A stretch of DNA of 37,521 nucleotides from positions 1 through 37,521 of the forward strand of contig CAVXEP010000023.1 of the NCBI GenBank assembly GCA_963760795.1. The letters are read 5' to 3'. Shown piece after piece: positions 27,967 through 36,631 of the stretch (position 1 is its first letter; each line of letters begins with the position of its first letter). This stretch comes from an uncultured delta proteobacterium. Lineage in GTDB: Bacteria > Desulfobacterota > Binatia > UBA9968. A program made the translations under genes and the position numbers. The notes under the pieces were generated by a model. The model ran no database searches. It saw nothing but the letters and a program-made list of their open reading frames with translations, and was not told where the DNA came from.

Positions 27967-29911
27967 ATGAGTCTAGGAAAAATTTTCGGCCTTTACACCG
28001 TCTGTTTTCTCGGCGTCACTATTCTGATCGGCCTCGCGGAGATATTTCTCGGCCTGTCGCCGCAATGGATCGGCTGGATCTTCATGGGCTTGTCGCTGGG
28101 CATTTACATCGTCATCGGCATCATCACGCGCACGTCGAACCCGGATCAATACTATGTCGCCGGCCGCGGCGTGCCGGCCGTGTTAACGGCATGGCCACGG
28201 GCTCGGACTGGATGTCCGCGGCGTCGTTTATTTCGATGGCCGGCGCGCTTTCCGCCCAAGGATTCGCCGGCCTTGCGTATGTGATGGGCTGGACCGGCGG
28301 CTACCTACTGCTCGCGGTTTTCCTCGGTCCCTATCTGCGGCAATTTGGCGCCTACACGATTCCCGACTTTCTCGGCGCGCGCTATGGCGGCAACTTGCGC
28401 GCGTATCATCGGCGTCGTCGCCGCGATCACCTGCTCGTTCACCTATCTGATCGCTCAGGTCACCGGTGTCGGCCTGATCGTCTCGCGTTTCATCGGCTTG
28501 GATTTCCAAATCGGCGTCTTCGTCGGTCTGATCGGAGTGCTCTTCTGCTCGGTGCTTGGCGGCATGAAGTCGGTCACCTGGACTCAGGTGGCGCAGTATA
28601 TCATCCTGATCGTTTCGTACCTGGTTCCGGTGGTCTATCTGTCTTGGATCAGCTTTTCGCGATTACCGGTTCCAGAACTGACCTACGGCAGACTGTTGCA
28701 GCAAAATAATACCAAAGCGATTCGAGATCACGCGCGACGCCGAAGGAGAAGGAGACCCGCGCGCTGTGGAAGAAAGACGCCGACGAGGCCAATGCCAAGA
28801 TCAAAATGGGCAATCTAACCGAAACAGAAAAAGACAAACTTCAAGGCGGCCGCAAAAGACAGCCACCGCAGCAGGCCACGGCGCCGGCAGCGAGTGACGA
28901 CGCGAAAATTGGCCGCTACTCTAACCGTGCCCAGCGGCGTCGGCATGTGGAACTTCCTCGCCCTGACTTTCTGCCTGATGGTCGGCACGGCGGGACTGCC
29001 GCATATCCTCACGCGCTATTACACCACGCCGTCGGTGCGCCAAGCGCGCACGTCGGTGGCTTGGTCATTGTTCTTCATCTTTCTGCTTTATTTCACCGCG
29101 CCGTCCTACGCCGCCTTTGCCCGTTTCATGATCTTACGCAAACTGGTCGGCACCAAAGATCGCCGAGCTGCCGCGCTGGGTCACGCTCTGGCAGCCTGCT
29201 GGCTTGTTCGACGTCGTCGACAAGAACGGCGACGGCATCGTGCAGTGGGCGGATTTCGTCGATCAAGTCGACGGACTTCGTCGTGCTGTCGATGCCCGAG
29301 GTCGCCGGCCTGCCATTCGTGATTACCGGTTTGGTCATGGCCGGCGGTTTAGCAGCAGCGCTTTCCACGGCTGACGGCTTGCTTGCTCACCATCGCCAAC
29401 GCCTTCTCCCATGACTTGTATTACAACGTCATCGATCCCAAGGCGATCTCTGACCAAGCGGCTCACGATCACCAAAATACTTGCTGGTCGTCACCGCTCT
29501 CGATCGCCGCTTGGGTCGCGACATTCCGGATCGCCATCATCGTCGAGTTGGTGGCTTGGGCGTTTAGCTTAGCCGGGGCATCGTTTTTCCCGGCGCTGGT
29601 AATGGGCATTTGGTGGAAGCGGGCCAACAAGACCGGCGCTTGCGTCGGCATGATCGCCGGATTGGCTCGTAACCACGTATTACATGATCGGCAGCCGCTT
29701 TTACGGCGTATCCTGGTTCGGCACCTTAACTATCGCGTCGGCGGTCTTCGGTTTGCCGGTGGGCTTCCTAGTCATTTGGTTGGTTTCACTGATGACTGAA
29801 GAACCGTCGAAGGAAGTCCAAGAACTGGTCGCCAACGTGCGCTATCCCAAGAGTGGTCAAGCCACCACCGGCGATCCGCTGGGACGCGAGCAGCCGGCAG
29901 GCGCCCACTAA
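27967..29911 (+). CDS. cation/acetate symporter ActP-like (SSS family, VC_2705 subfamily), many frameshifts
   Basis: YYVAGRGVP, NGMATGSDWMSAASF, GGMKSVTWTQVAQY, MVGTAGLPHIL, AALSTADGLL, VAWAFSLA, WWKRAN across several ORF fragments. Confidence 0.85.
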
Positions 29912-29923
29912 GATAAGACTTAC

Positions 29924-29961
29924 CCACGGCGGCGAGACAACCCTATGTCTCGCCGCCGTGG
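29924..29961 (+). terminator. perfect 16-bp stem-loop after actP (no U-tract)
   Basis: CCACGGCGGCGAGACA-acccta-TGTCTCGCCGCCGTGG. Confidence 0.6.
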
Positions 29962-29973
29962 ACGGCCAGTAAC

Positions 29974-30252
29974 TTGATCGAGCCAACCGCGCAAATCATT
30001 TTTCTGCTGCGCTTCTTCTGCTTCATGGCGGTCTTCTATCTCGCCCTGCACAAGATCGTCGCGCGCTTGAGCCGCAAGCCAGGTAGTAAACTGCTCTGGT
30101 TCTTCGGGGTGCTCACCACGCCACTGACAGCGCCCGTGAAAAGGTATTCATCCCCCGACGCGACCAATGACCAAATCGTCTCCTATTCGCTGATTTTCTA
30201 CGGTCTCCTCTGGTTAGCGCTGATTTTCGCCGGCCGCTATTGGGTAAATTGA
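29974..30252 (+). CDS. small membrane protein (YggT-like)
   Basis: Two hydrophobic ends around FF..LT.PL..PV.R; TTG start. Confidence 0.55.
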   Translation: MIEPTAQIIFLLRFFCFMAVFYLALHKIVARLSRKPGSKLLWFFGVLTTPLTAPVKRYSSPDATNDQIVSYSLIFYGLLWLALIFAGRYWVN

Positions 30253-30355
30253 CTCTGCCAAACCGGCAAAGCGCCATATTCCTATCGGAAACCTTTCATC
30301 CTAGACTGAAAACATCACGCATCGGCGCCGCTAAAATCAGGCGACCGCGCATCCC

Positions 30356-31769
30356 ATGGCGACCTCAAACATTACCTTGACGGACTCCCACCTGGCACTG
30401 CCGGTCAAGCATCTGATCAAGCGCGCGCCGCTGTTCGTTGACGCCAGCGTGAGCGTCAAACAAGCTGCGCAAGCCATGCAGAACGCCCGCGTCGGCTCCA
30501 TGCTCATCGCCAGCGAGCCGCCGGGCATCGTCACCGACCGCGATCTGCGCGGTCGAGTCCTCGCCGCAGGACTTGGGCCGGACACTCCCGTGACCCAAGT
30601 GCTGTCCCGCCCGCTTATCACCATCGACTCCGGCGCGCCGGCATTCGCCGCTCTGCGTCTCATGCTCGATGAAAACATCCATCATCTACCGGTGGTTGAA
30701 GAAGGAAAGATAATTGGCGTAGTCAGCGCCACGGATCTGCTGCTCCATCAGGGACACAATCCACTTTACCTGCGCGGCATCATTGAAAATTGGCATAACT
30801 CGCACGCGGTGAACTACGCCCAAGAGATCGGCACCTTGGTGCATACGCTCTTCAACAGCGGCCTGGCGGCGGTCCATATCAGCAAGATCGTCTCCAGCCT
30901 CAACGACGCACTGGTCAAACGTTTGATCGCGCTTACGGTCGAAAAACTCGGCCCCGTGCCAACACCATTCGCTTGGATCGTCTTCGGCTCCGAGGGACGG
31001 TTGGAACAAACTCTGCTCACCGATCAGGATAATGCGCTAATTTTTCAGGATGATTCCGACAGCGCGCGCGCTTACTTCGCCGATCTGGCCAAGCAAGTCG
31101 TCGATGCTTTGATCGAAGCCGGCTTCCCGCCTTGCGCCGGAGGTTTCATGGCGACTCATTGGTGCAAGCCATTCGCGGCCTGGCGAGAACTGTTTACCGA
31201 CTGGATCCGCCTGCCCAAGCCGCAAGCGCTGCTCGACGCCGCGATCTTTTTCGATTTTCGCTCGGTTGCGGGAACGCTTGCGCTGGATACATTGGAGGAA
31301 ATCGTCGGCGCTGCGAAATCCGAGCGACGGTTTTTGTCCCATCTGGCGCGCGGCGCGCTGGATTTTTATCCGCCTTTGGGATTCTTCAATCACCTGCGCA
31401 GTGACAACGGCAAAGTCGATCTTAAAAAAAGCTTCCATAGCGCCGATCGTCGGGCTGGCCCGGGTCGCCGCCCTGGCCGCGGGCTCACGTGAACGCTCGA
31501 CGTTGGCGCGGCTCGATGTCGCCAGAGAGTCCGGTCTTGTGCTGAGCGCCGGCGACGCCACCGCCCTGGCGGAAATCTTTCCATCCCTGTTTCAGCTCCG
31601 CTTGCGCGCGCAACTCGCGGCGCTGGCCGCCAAGACGCCCGTCGATCACAGCGTGCGCTTGAAAGATTTATCGGTTTTGGAGCGGCGCCATCTAAAAGAA
31701 ACGTTTGTCATCATCAAGCAAATTCAGAACGGAATTCGCGCCGTCTGGCAGCTCGACCAGCTCGCTTAA
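30356..31769 (+). CDS. CBS-pair + DUF294 nucleotidyltransferase-like protein (frameshift in poly-A ~31430)
   Basis: GIVTDRDLR, IHHLPV (CBS); GSEGRLEQTLLTDQDNAL, C.GGFMA, IFFDFR, DLKK...PIV..AR, ST..RL. Confidence 0.88.
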
Positions 31770-32561
31770 TCCCGCCAGTCGAACCTTGCCATAAGTGGCA
31801 CATGATCCGACGGTTCTTCCGCCGACGGCAAGATCGTCTGGTCGACGATCCGGCTCAGCACTGACGCCTCAGCGGTCAATCCTGCCGAATAGAAAAGATA
31901 ATCGATCAGCCGCGCGCGGCCGCCAATGTTGCAGGTATAAACATCGGCCAGATTGTGGTGGGGATATTGCATTCCCGCGCGCAATGCGAGGGCGACGATC
32001 TCACTTTCCGGTGTGACATTGAAATCGCCGCTGATGAGCCAGCCGTGGGCTTCGGCATTGCGGTTTTGATATTCAGCCAAGCATTGCTGCACTTGGCGCA
32101 AGCCGCGCTGCGCCTCGCGGGCGGTAGTTGGCGGATCCCAAGTCAGGTGGGTATTGATCACGCCGAGGATCTTTTCTGCATGCCGTAGTAGTACCAACTG
32201 GGCAACGTAGCCGCTGTTCGCCGTTACCCCAGCGCCGTCGTTGTATGGGATAACCTTTGTGTTAATCCGAGTCAAAGCTGGTGCGCCGATAGAAGACCGC
32301 CAACCCCTCGGGACGCCCCGCGAGTTTACGCGCGTACTCCGCGCCGTAGCCGCGCTCGCCGAGATAGCTGCGCAATGCGACGAAGGTTACCGGCTCGACT
32401 TCCTGCAAGCAAAGGAGATCGGCGTTGAGCAGGGAGATATACTGCACCAACGCCGGCACTCGCCAGGCGGGATTCAACACCAGCGCCGGCGTGCGCCGGT
32501 ACCAAGCGCGCTGAATGTACGCGCTGGCGAGAACATTATACGAGGCAACGGAAAACGACAT
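31766..32561 (-). CDS. EEP (endonuclease/exonuclease/phosphatase) protein, CCR4/nocturnin-like (frameshift ~32270)
   Basis: SYNVLA, LCLQEV, EG.A.FY, NTHL.W, GDFN, IDYLFY, PSDH. Confidence 0.85.
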
Positions 32562-32670
32562 AGAAGATTGGTTATTCTAGCGCCGCGCCCGACGCAAGTC
32601 TTCGACGTTAGCTAGACAATGTTGACGTAGTAAACATGCACCGCGACGAACAGAAAACGAAGGATTCAGA

Positions 32671-32769
32671 CTACGTGAACTTCCCCACGAGAAATTGATT
32701 GATCTCCTCGGAGCCCTTGATCGACTTGCCGTCGACCACCAAAACCGGAACTGATTTGGCGCCGGTCAT
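32671..32769 (-). pseudogene. glutaredoxin/thioredoxin-fold C-terminal fragment
   Basis: Manual translation MTGAKSVPVLVVDGKSIKGSEEINQFLVGKFT* (cis-Pro VP motif, DG, GS..I..FL); no intact N-terminus. Confidence 0.45.
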
Positions 32770-32843
32770 CAACGCGGCACACACGGCAAAGTAGGATTTT
32801 GCTCTGAGTCGATAACTGCTCAGACAGCAGAAAAGGCGAGAGA

Positions 32844-32881
32844 CTCCTGCCCGACGGGAATAATTCCCCGACGGGCAGGAG
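32844..32881 (-). terminator. hairpin downstream of tpx
   Basis: CTCCTGCCCG...CGGGCAGGAG inverted repeat. Confidence 0.55.
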
Positions 32882-32912
32882 GTTTGACTTGAAAAGGAGC
32901 AAATTGTGAATG

Positions 32913-33416
32913 TTATTTGGCAGCGGCCAGAGCAGCGTCGTAGTTCGGATGCTCACCGATGCTGCCGACATATTCGACATGTTTCAGCTGGTTATCCGCC
33001 CCGACCACAAAGACCGCGCGCGCCAGCACTCGATCGAGCGGCCCGCCGGAAATCAACAAGCCGTAATTCTTACCGAAAGATGCCTCGCGATGATCGCTCG
33101 CGGTGATGATTTTGTCGACGCTCGAAGCCCCGCACCAGCGTTTTTGCGCGAACGGCAGATCCATGCTGACGACGACGACTTCGACATTGGCGAGCTTGCT
33201 CGCTTCCTCGTTAAAGCGCTTCGCCTCGACATCGCACACCGGCGTATCCAATGAAGGCACCGTCGCGATAATCCTGGTTTTGCCGGCGCCACTCGCCAAG
33301 GTGTAGTCACTCATGTCCGCGCTCTTCTGGACTTTGAAATCCGGCGCGGCCTGTCCAACCTTCACCTCGTTGCCGAGCAAGGTCAGAACGTTGTCTTTGA
33401 ACTTAACCGTAGCCAT
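32913..33416 (-). CDS. tpx: thiol peroxidase (atypical 2-Cys peroxiredoxin)
   Basis: VPSLDTPVC, RFN, VSMDLPFAQKRWC, SDHR, ARAVFV, HPNYD; AGGAGG RBS. Confidence 0.95.
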   Translation of the reverse strand: MATVKFKDNVLTLLGNEVKVGQAAPDFKVQKSADMSDYTLASGAGKTRIIATVPSLDTPVCDVEAKRFNEEASKLANVEVVVVSMDLPFAQKRWCGASSVDKIITASDHREASFGKNYGLLISGGPLDRVLARAVFVVGADNQLKHVEYVGSIGEHPNYDAALAAAK

Positions 33417-33506
33417 AATGTTTCCTCCTGTGATTTTTGGACTCGATAACAACTTCAACATATTTACTGGGTTCAACCGGAACTAGCAAGACAGAACATC
33501 TGGACC

Positions 33507-34220
33507 TCAGCGGCTAAATTTGAATTCTGTGCTGAGATTTTTCCACGAAGGGAATCGGGAAAATTCCTGTAACACCGTGGTGGTCGGCGGCAGGATCGGA
33601 AAATCGCGCCGGTTCATACGCGCCAACGCGTCCCCCGGCTTGATCCATAGACTGTGGGTCACCTCTTCCGAATATGTCAATGGAACTTGTCCTGACGGCA
33701 GAATCGCCGCATAAAAACGCGTATCGAAGCGCATCGAGTACATATCCGGTGTCACCCAATGATCGAAATAGACGGCCTGCGAAAGATCGCAATACAGATT
33801 CTCCGACTCCAGGAAGCCGGCGAAGTCCAGCTGCTTTTTTACCATCGCCTGACGTTTTTGCTCCACCCGCTGCTGGGTATCTGCGTCAATCGGATAAAAA
33901 GCCTCACCGGATTCGTTCACGCCGAGGAGAATTCCGACTTCCTCGAACAGCTCCCGTGCCACCGCTACCCAATGGCCGATAGCTTCATCCGGTTCGTGAT
34001 GGTTGCCGAGAATCTGCCGCGCCGTCGTACCGGACAAACGCCGACAACGCCGCAGCATCTCTGGAGAGAAATCATCGCGATGCACCGTCCCGCCGGGGAA
34101 AACATAAAAGCCGCCAAGAAAACGCATGGTTTCCGGCCGGCGAGTTAAGAGAATATCGAAACCACCCATTTCATCGGGCCGCAAAAGAACAACAGTGGAG
34201 GCGTTACGAGGTTGAACCAT
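33507..34220 (-). CDS. NUDIX hydrolase (NUDT19-like)
   Basis: RR...M.F.GG..VFPGG, ARELFEEVG, HWVTP, RFDTRFY, PPT. Confidence 0.88.
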   Translation of the reverse strand: MVQPRNASTVVLLRPDEMGGFDILLTRRPETMRFLGGFYVFPGGTVHRDDFSPEMLRRCRRLSGTTARQILGNHHEPDEAIGHWVAVARELFEEVGILLGVNESGEAFYPIDADTQQRVEQKRQAMVKKQLDFAGFLESENLYCDLSQAVYFDHWVTPDMYSMRFDTRFYAAILPSGQVPLTYSEEVTHSLWIKPGDALARMNRRDFPILPPTTTVLQEFSRFPSWKNLSTEFKFSR

Positions 34221-34228
34221 AGCCAATC

Positions 34229-34448
34229 AAATACGAAATCCGAATATCGAAATCCTAAATCCGAAACAAACTCAAATAACTATCAAACTCGGAAAATCCA
34301 AAACGCGGAATCCAAATTAAATTTGTTTCGTGCTTTCTGTATTTTGGGTCATTTGAATTTTTTTCGAGCTTCGTGCTTGGGTCCGCGGGGCCGCTTTCGT
34401 GCTTTGAACTTTGCAATTCACCTTGTCCCTTTACCCCTCACGCCTTAC
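34229..34448. repeat. gene-less inverted heptamer arrays (AAATCCG-type) plus a CCTTACG-type array
   Basis: aaatacg aaatccg aatatcg aaatcct aaatccg aaacaaa ctcaaat ... atttgaatttttttcg agcttcg tgcttgg. 34262-34277 vs 34351-34366 match 14/16 in inverted orientation. Confidence 0.75.
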
Positions 34449-34452
34449 GTCC

Positions 34453-35569
34453 CTATTCCTTGAGCCCCAGAACGTTGTAAGCAACAACCGCGCGCTGGAA
34501 CCCCTTCAATGATAACTCGCCGATCGATTCGACCTCGGCGAGATCAGCAATACTAGCGAGAAGCCGTTGCGGTAGCAAAATCTGCCCCGGCTTGGCCTCG
34601 CCGCATAGGCGCGAAGCCAGGTTACAAACCGTGCCGATGGAGCCGTAGTCCCAGCGTCCCTCGAAGCCGATAGCACCGATGGTCGCGTAACCTTGGGCGA
34701 TGCCGACGCCGAAGCCGAGTTCGTAACCGAGCTTCGACCATTTGCCGGACAATTCCTCATTGCACTCGCGCATCGCCAGCGCCATGCGGACCGCGCGCTC
34801 TTGCGGATTAGGCACCGGCACCGGATCGTTGAAAATCACCATCATGCCATCGCCGATGAAACACTCGAGCGTCCCCTCGTGCTCCATAATCAACCGGCCC
34901 ATGGCCGCGTGATATTCGCGCAGCACGCCCATTACTTCCTCGGGCTCGGCGGTTTCAGCGAACGCCGTGAAGCCGCGCAGGTCGAGAAACACCACTGTCA
35001 CATCGCGCCGGTGGGTCTTGAGCGGATCGTCGGCGCCGCCCGCGACGATCAATTCGGCGAGCTGCGGAGAGAAGAATCGTTTCAGCCGTTCCAATCGTTC
35101 CAGTTGTTCCACTTGCGTCTGAACGCGCAATTCCAGCGTCTTGTTCCACTCGGCTAATTGCGCCGCTTGCACTTGCACCATGTCATGCAATTCTTTGACG
35201 CGCAGCAGCGACTTCACCCGCGCCAGCAGCTCCGATTGATTGATCGGCTTGGTAAGAAAATCATCGGCGCCCGCGTCGATGCCTTTCACCCGTTCGACAC
35301 TGGGATCGAGCGCCGTGACCATGACCACCGGCAGCATCGCCGTCGCCGGATTATTGCGAATCGTCAGGCAAACCTCATAGCCGCTCATCTCGGGCATGAC
35401 GACGTCTAAAAGAACTAAATCCGGTGGCTCTGTATCGATCTTCAGCAACGCCTCCCGTCCCGACGCAGCCGTAATCACCGCATAGCCCTTCACGCCCAGC
35501 AAATCGGCCAGAAGCTTCACATTGCGCGGCGTATCGTCAACGACGAGAATTTTGGCAGGGTGTATTCAT
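34453..35569 (-). CDS. response-regulator receiver + class III nucleotide cyclase (frameshift near 5' end ~35558)
   Basis: ATG 35569 then (frame-corrected) AKILVVDDTPRN; LLDVVMP; FLDLRGFT, FIGD, GFEGRWDY, NLASRL. Confidence 0.9.
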
Positions 35570-35580
35570 TGTAGAAAATT

Positions 35581-35726
35581 AGTAAGGAGTAAGTAGTCAG
35601 GAGTGAGGGGATCCGCCCGGCGACTTTTCACGTTTTACGATCTTGCCAAGCTTACCTGGCGTCCTTTGCGCCTTTGCGCGAGAATCTCCCTCCGATCGCC
35701 TAACCCCTTACCACTCACGCCTTACG
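35581..35726. repeat. inverted heptamer arrays (AGTAAGG x4 / CCTTACN x4) enclosing a CTTTGCG repeat
   Basis: agtaagg agtaagt agtcagg agtgagg ... cctggcgtcctttgcgcctttgcgcg ... cctaacc ccttacc actcacg ccttacg. Confidence 0.7.
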
Positions 35727-36098
35727 ATTCTCCCCTAGAACCCGTTCCACTTCAGCGAAAAAGTCCTTCAACGTGATCGGCTTGGTTTGATAGCCGTCGA
35801 AGCCTTCGGCCAACATCGCCGTCCGATTATTCGTCATTGCCGATGCGGTGATCGCGATGATCGGGATGCTCTGCGTCTGCGCATCGGCCTTCAACTGCTT
35901 CATCGCCGTGATGCCGTCCATGCCCGGCAGCTGAATGTCCATCAGAATCAGCGCCGGTGATTCACTGCGCGCCAAATCGAGCCCCACCTCGGCAGTCTCC
36001 GACTCGATGGTCCGGTACCCTTTCACCTGCAACACATCGCGGCACAACTTCCGGTTCTTCTCGTTATCCTCGATGATTAGAATTAATTCGCCAGCCAC
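35715..36098 (-). CDS. single-domain response regulator (DivK-like)
   Basis: ILIIEDNEKN, ILMDIQLPGMDG, IAITA, GFDGY.TKP; GAGGAG RBS before GTG 36098. Confidence 0.92.
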   Translation of the reverse strand: MAGELILIIEDNEKNRKLCRDVLQVKGYRTIESETAEVGLDLARSESPALILMDIQLPGMDGITAMKQLKADAQTQSIPIIAITASAMTNNRTAMLAEGFDGYQTKPITLKDFFAEVERVLGENRKA

Positions 36099-36150
36099 GA
36101 GGCTCTCCTCTCTAGTGTGACGTAACGTTGCGCTCAATACTTCGAGATTA

Positions 36151-36601
36151 TTCACCACGAAGGTCACGAAGGACACGAAGGTTCAGAGAACAAATCTTCT
36201 AATGCCCTTTCTCAAGACATCAACGTTAAAGTTGATCAAAAGCCCGACTCCGACTTCAGTAAGTTTCATGTAGGTCAAAACTTGCGCTTCATGAATCTTG
36301 AGCAATTGATCGACGCTCTTCAGTTCAACAATCATCCGGTCATCAGCTAACAGGTCGATTCGATATCCACAGTCGAGCCTGATCTCTTTGTATTTAACAG
36401 GTAGTTCAACCTGAAGCTTAAACGGTATATTTGCCTGGTTCAGCTCGTAAGCCAAGCACTGCTCGTAAGTCGATTCAAGCAAACCAGGCCCGAGCTGGCG
36501 ATGCACTTCAATCGCACAACCAATCACCTTGTTCGATAATTCATCAAACTTCACTATCGTATTACTCTTACCTTCGTGCCCTTCGTGTCCTTCGTGGTGA
36601 A
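36151..36601. mobile_element. putative GxxExxY-nuclease intervening element bounded by 32-bp inverted repeats
   Basis: Left arm 36151-36182 ttcaccacgaaggtcacgaaggacacgaaggt. Right arm 36570-36601 is its reverse complement at 30/32. Encloses one ORF. Confidence 0.6.
36183..36554 (-). CDS. GxxExxY protein (PD-(D/E)xK nuclease fold)
   Basis: VIG.AIEVH..LGPGLLESTY (GxxExxY), RIDLL...IVELK, Q..TYM, G.LINF. GTG 36554 is the likely start; an in-frame ATG exists at 36635. Confidence 0.92.
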   Translation of the reverse strand: MKFDELSNKVIGCAIEVHRQLGPGLLESTYEQCLAYELNQANIPFKLQVELPVKYKEIRLDCGYRIDLLADDRMIVELKSVDQLLKIHEAQVLTYMKLTEVGVGLLINFNVDVLRKGIRRFVL

Positions 36602-36631
36602 CACCTCCAACAGCAAACTGAGCTGCCACAC

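Noticed and set aside
29215-29260. EF-hand-like DKNGDGIVQWAD in the symporter as a novelty
   Set aside because: As I recall it is a usual feature of this SSS subfamily.
686-35569. Mass pseudogenisation or programmed frameshifting in many genes
   Set aside because: Single-base indels are scattered through many otherwise well-conserved genes (cyt b, ActP, AbgB), several at homopolymers. Long-read consensus error is the simplest explanation.
36099-36176. N-terminal extension of the response regulator
   Set aside because: It starts within the repeat arm, and a strong GAGGAG RBS supports GTG 36098.
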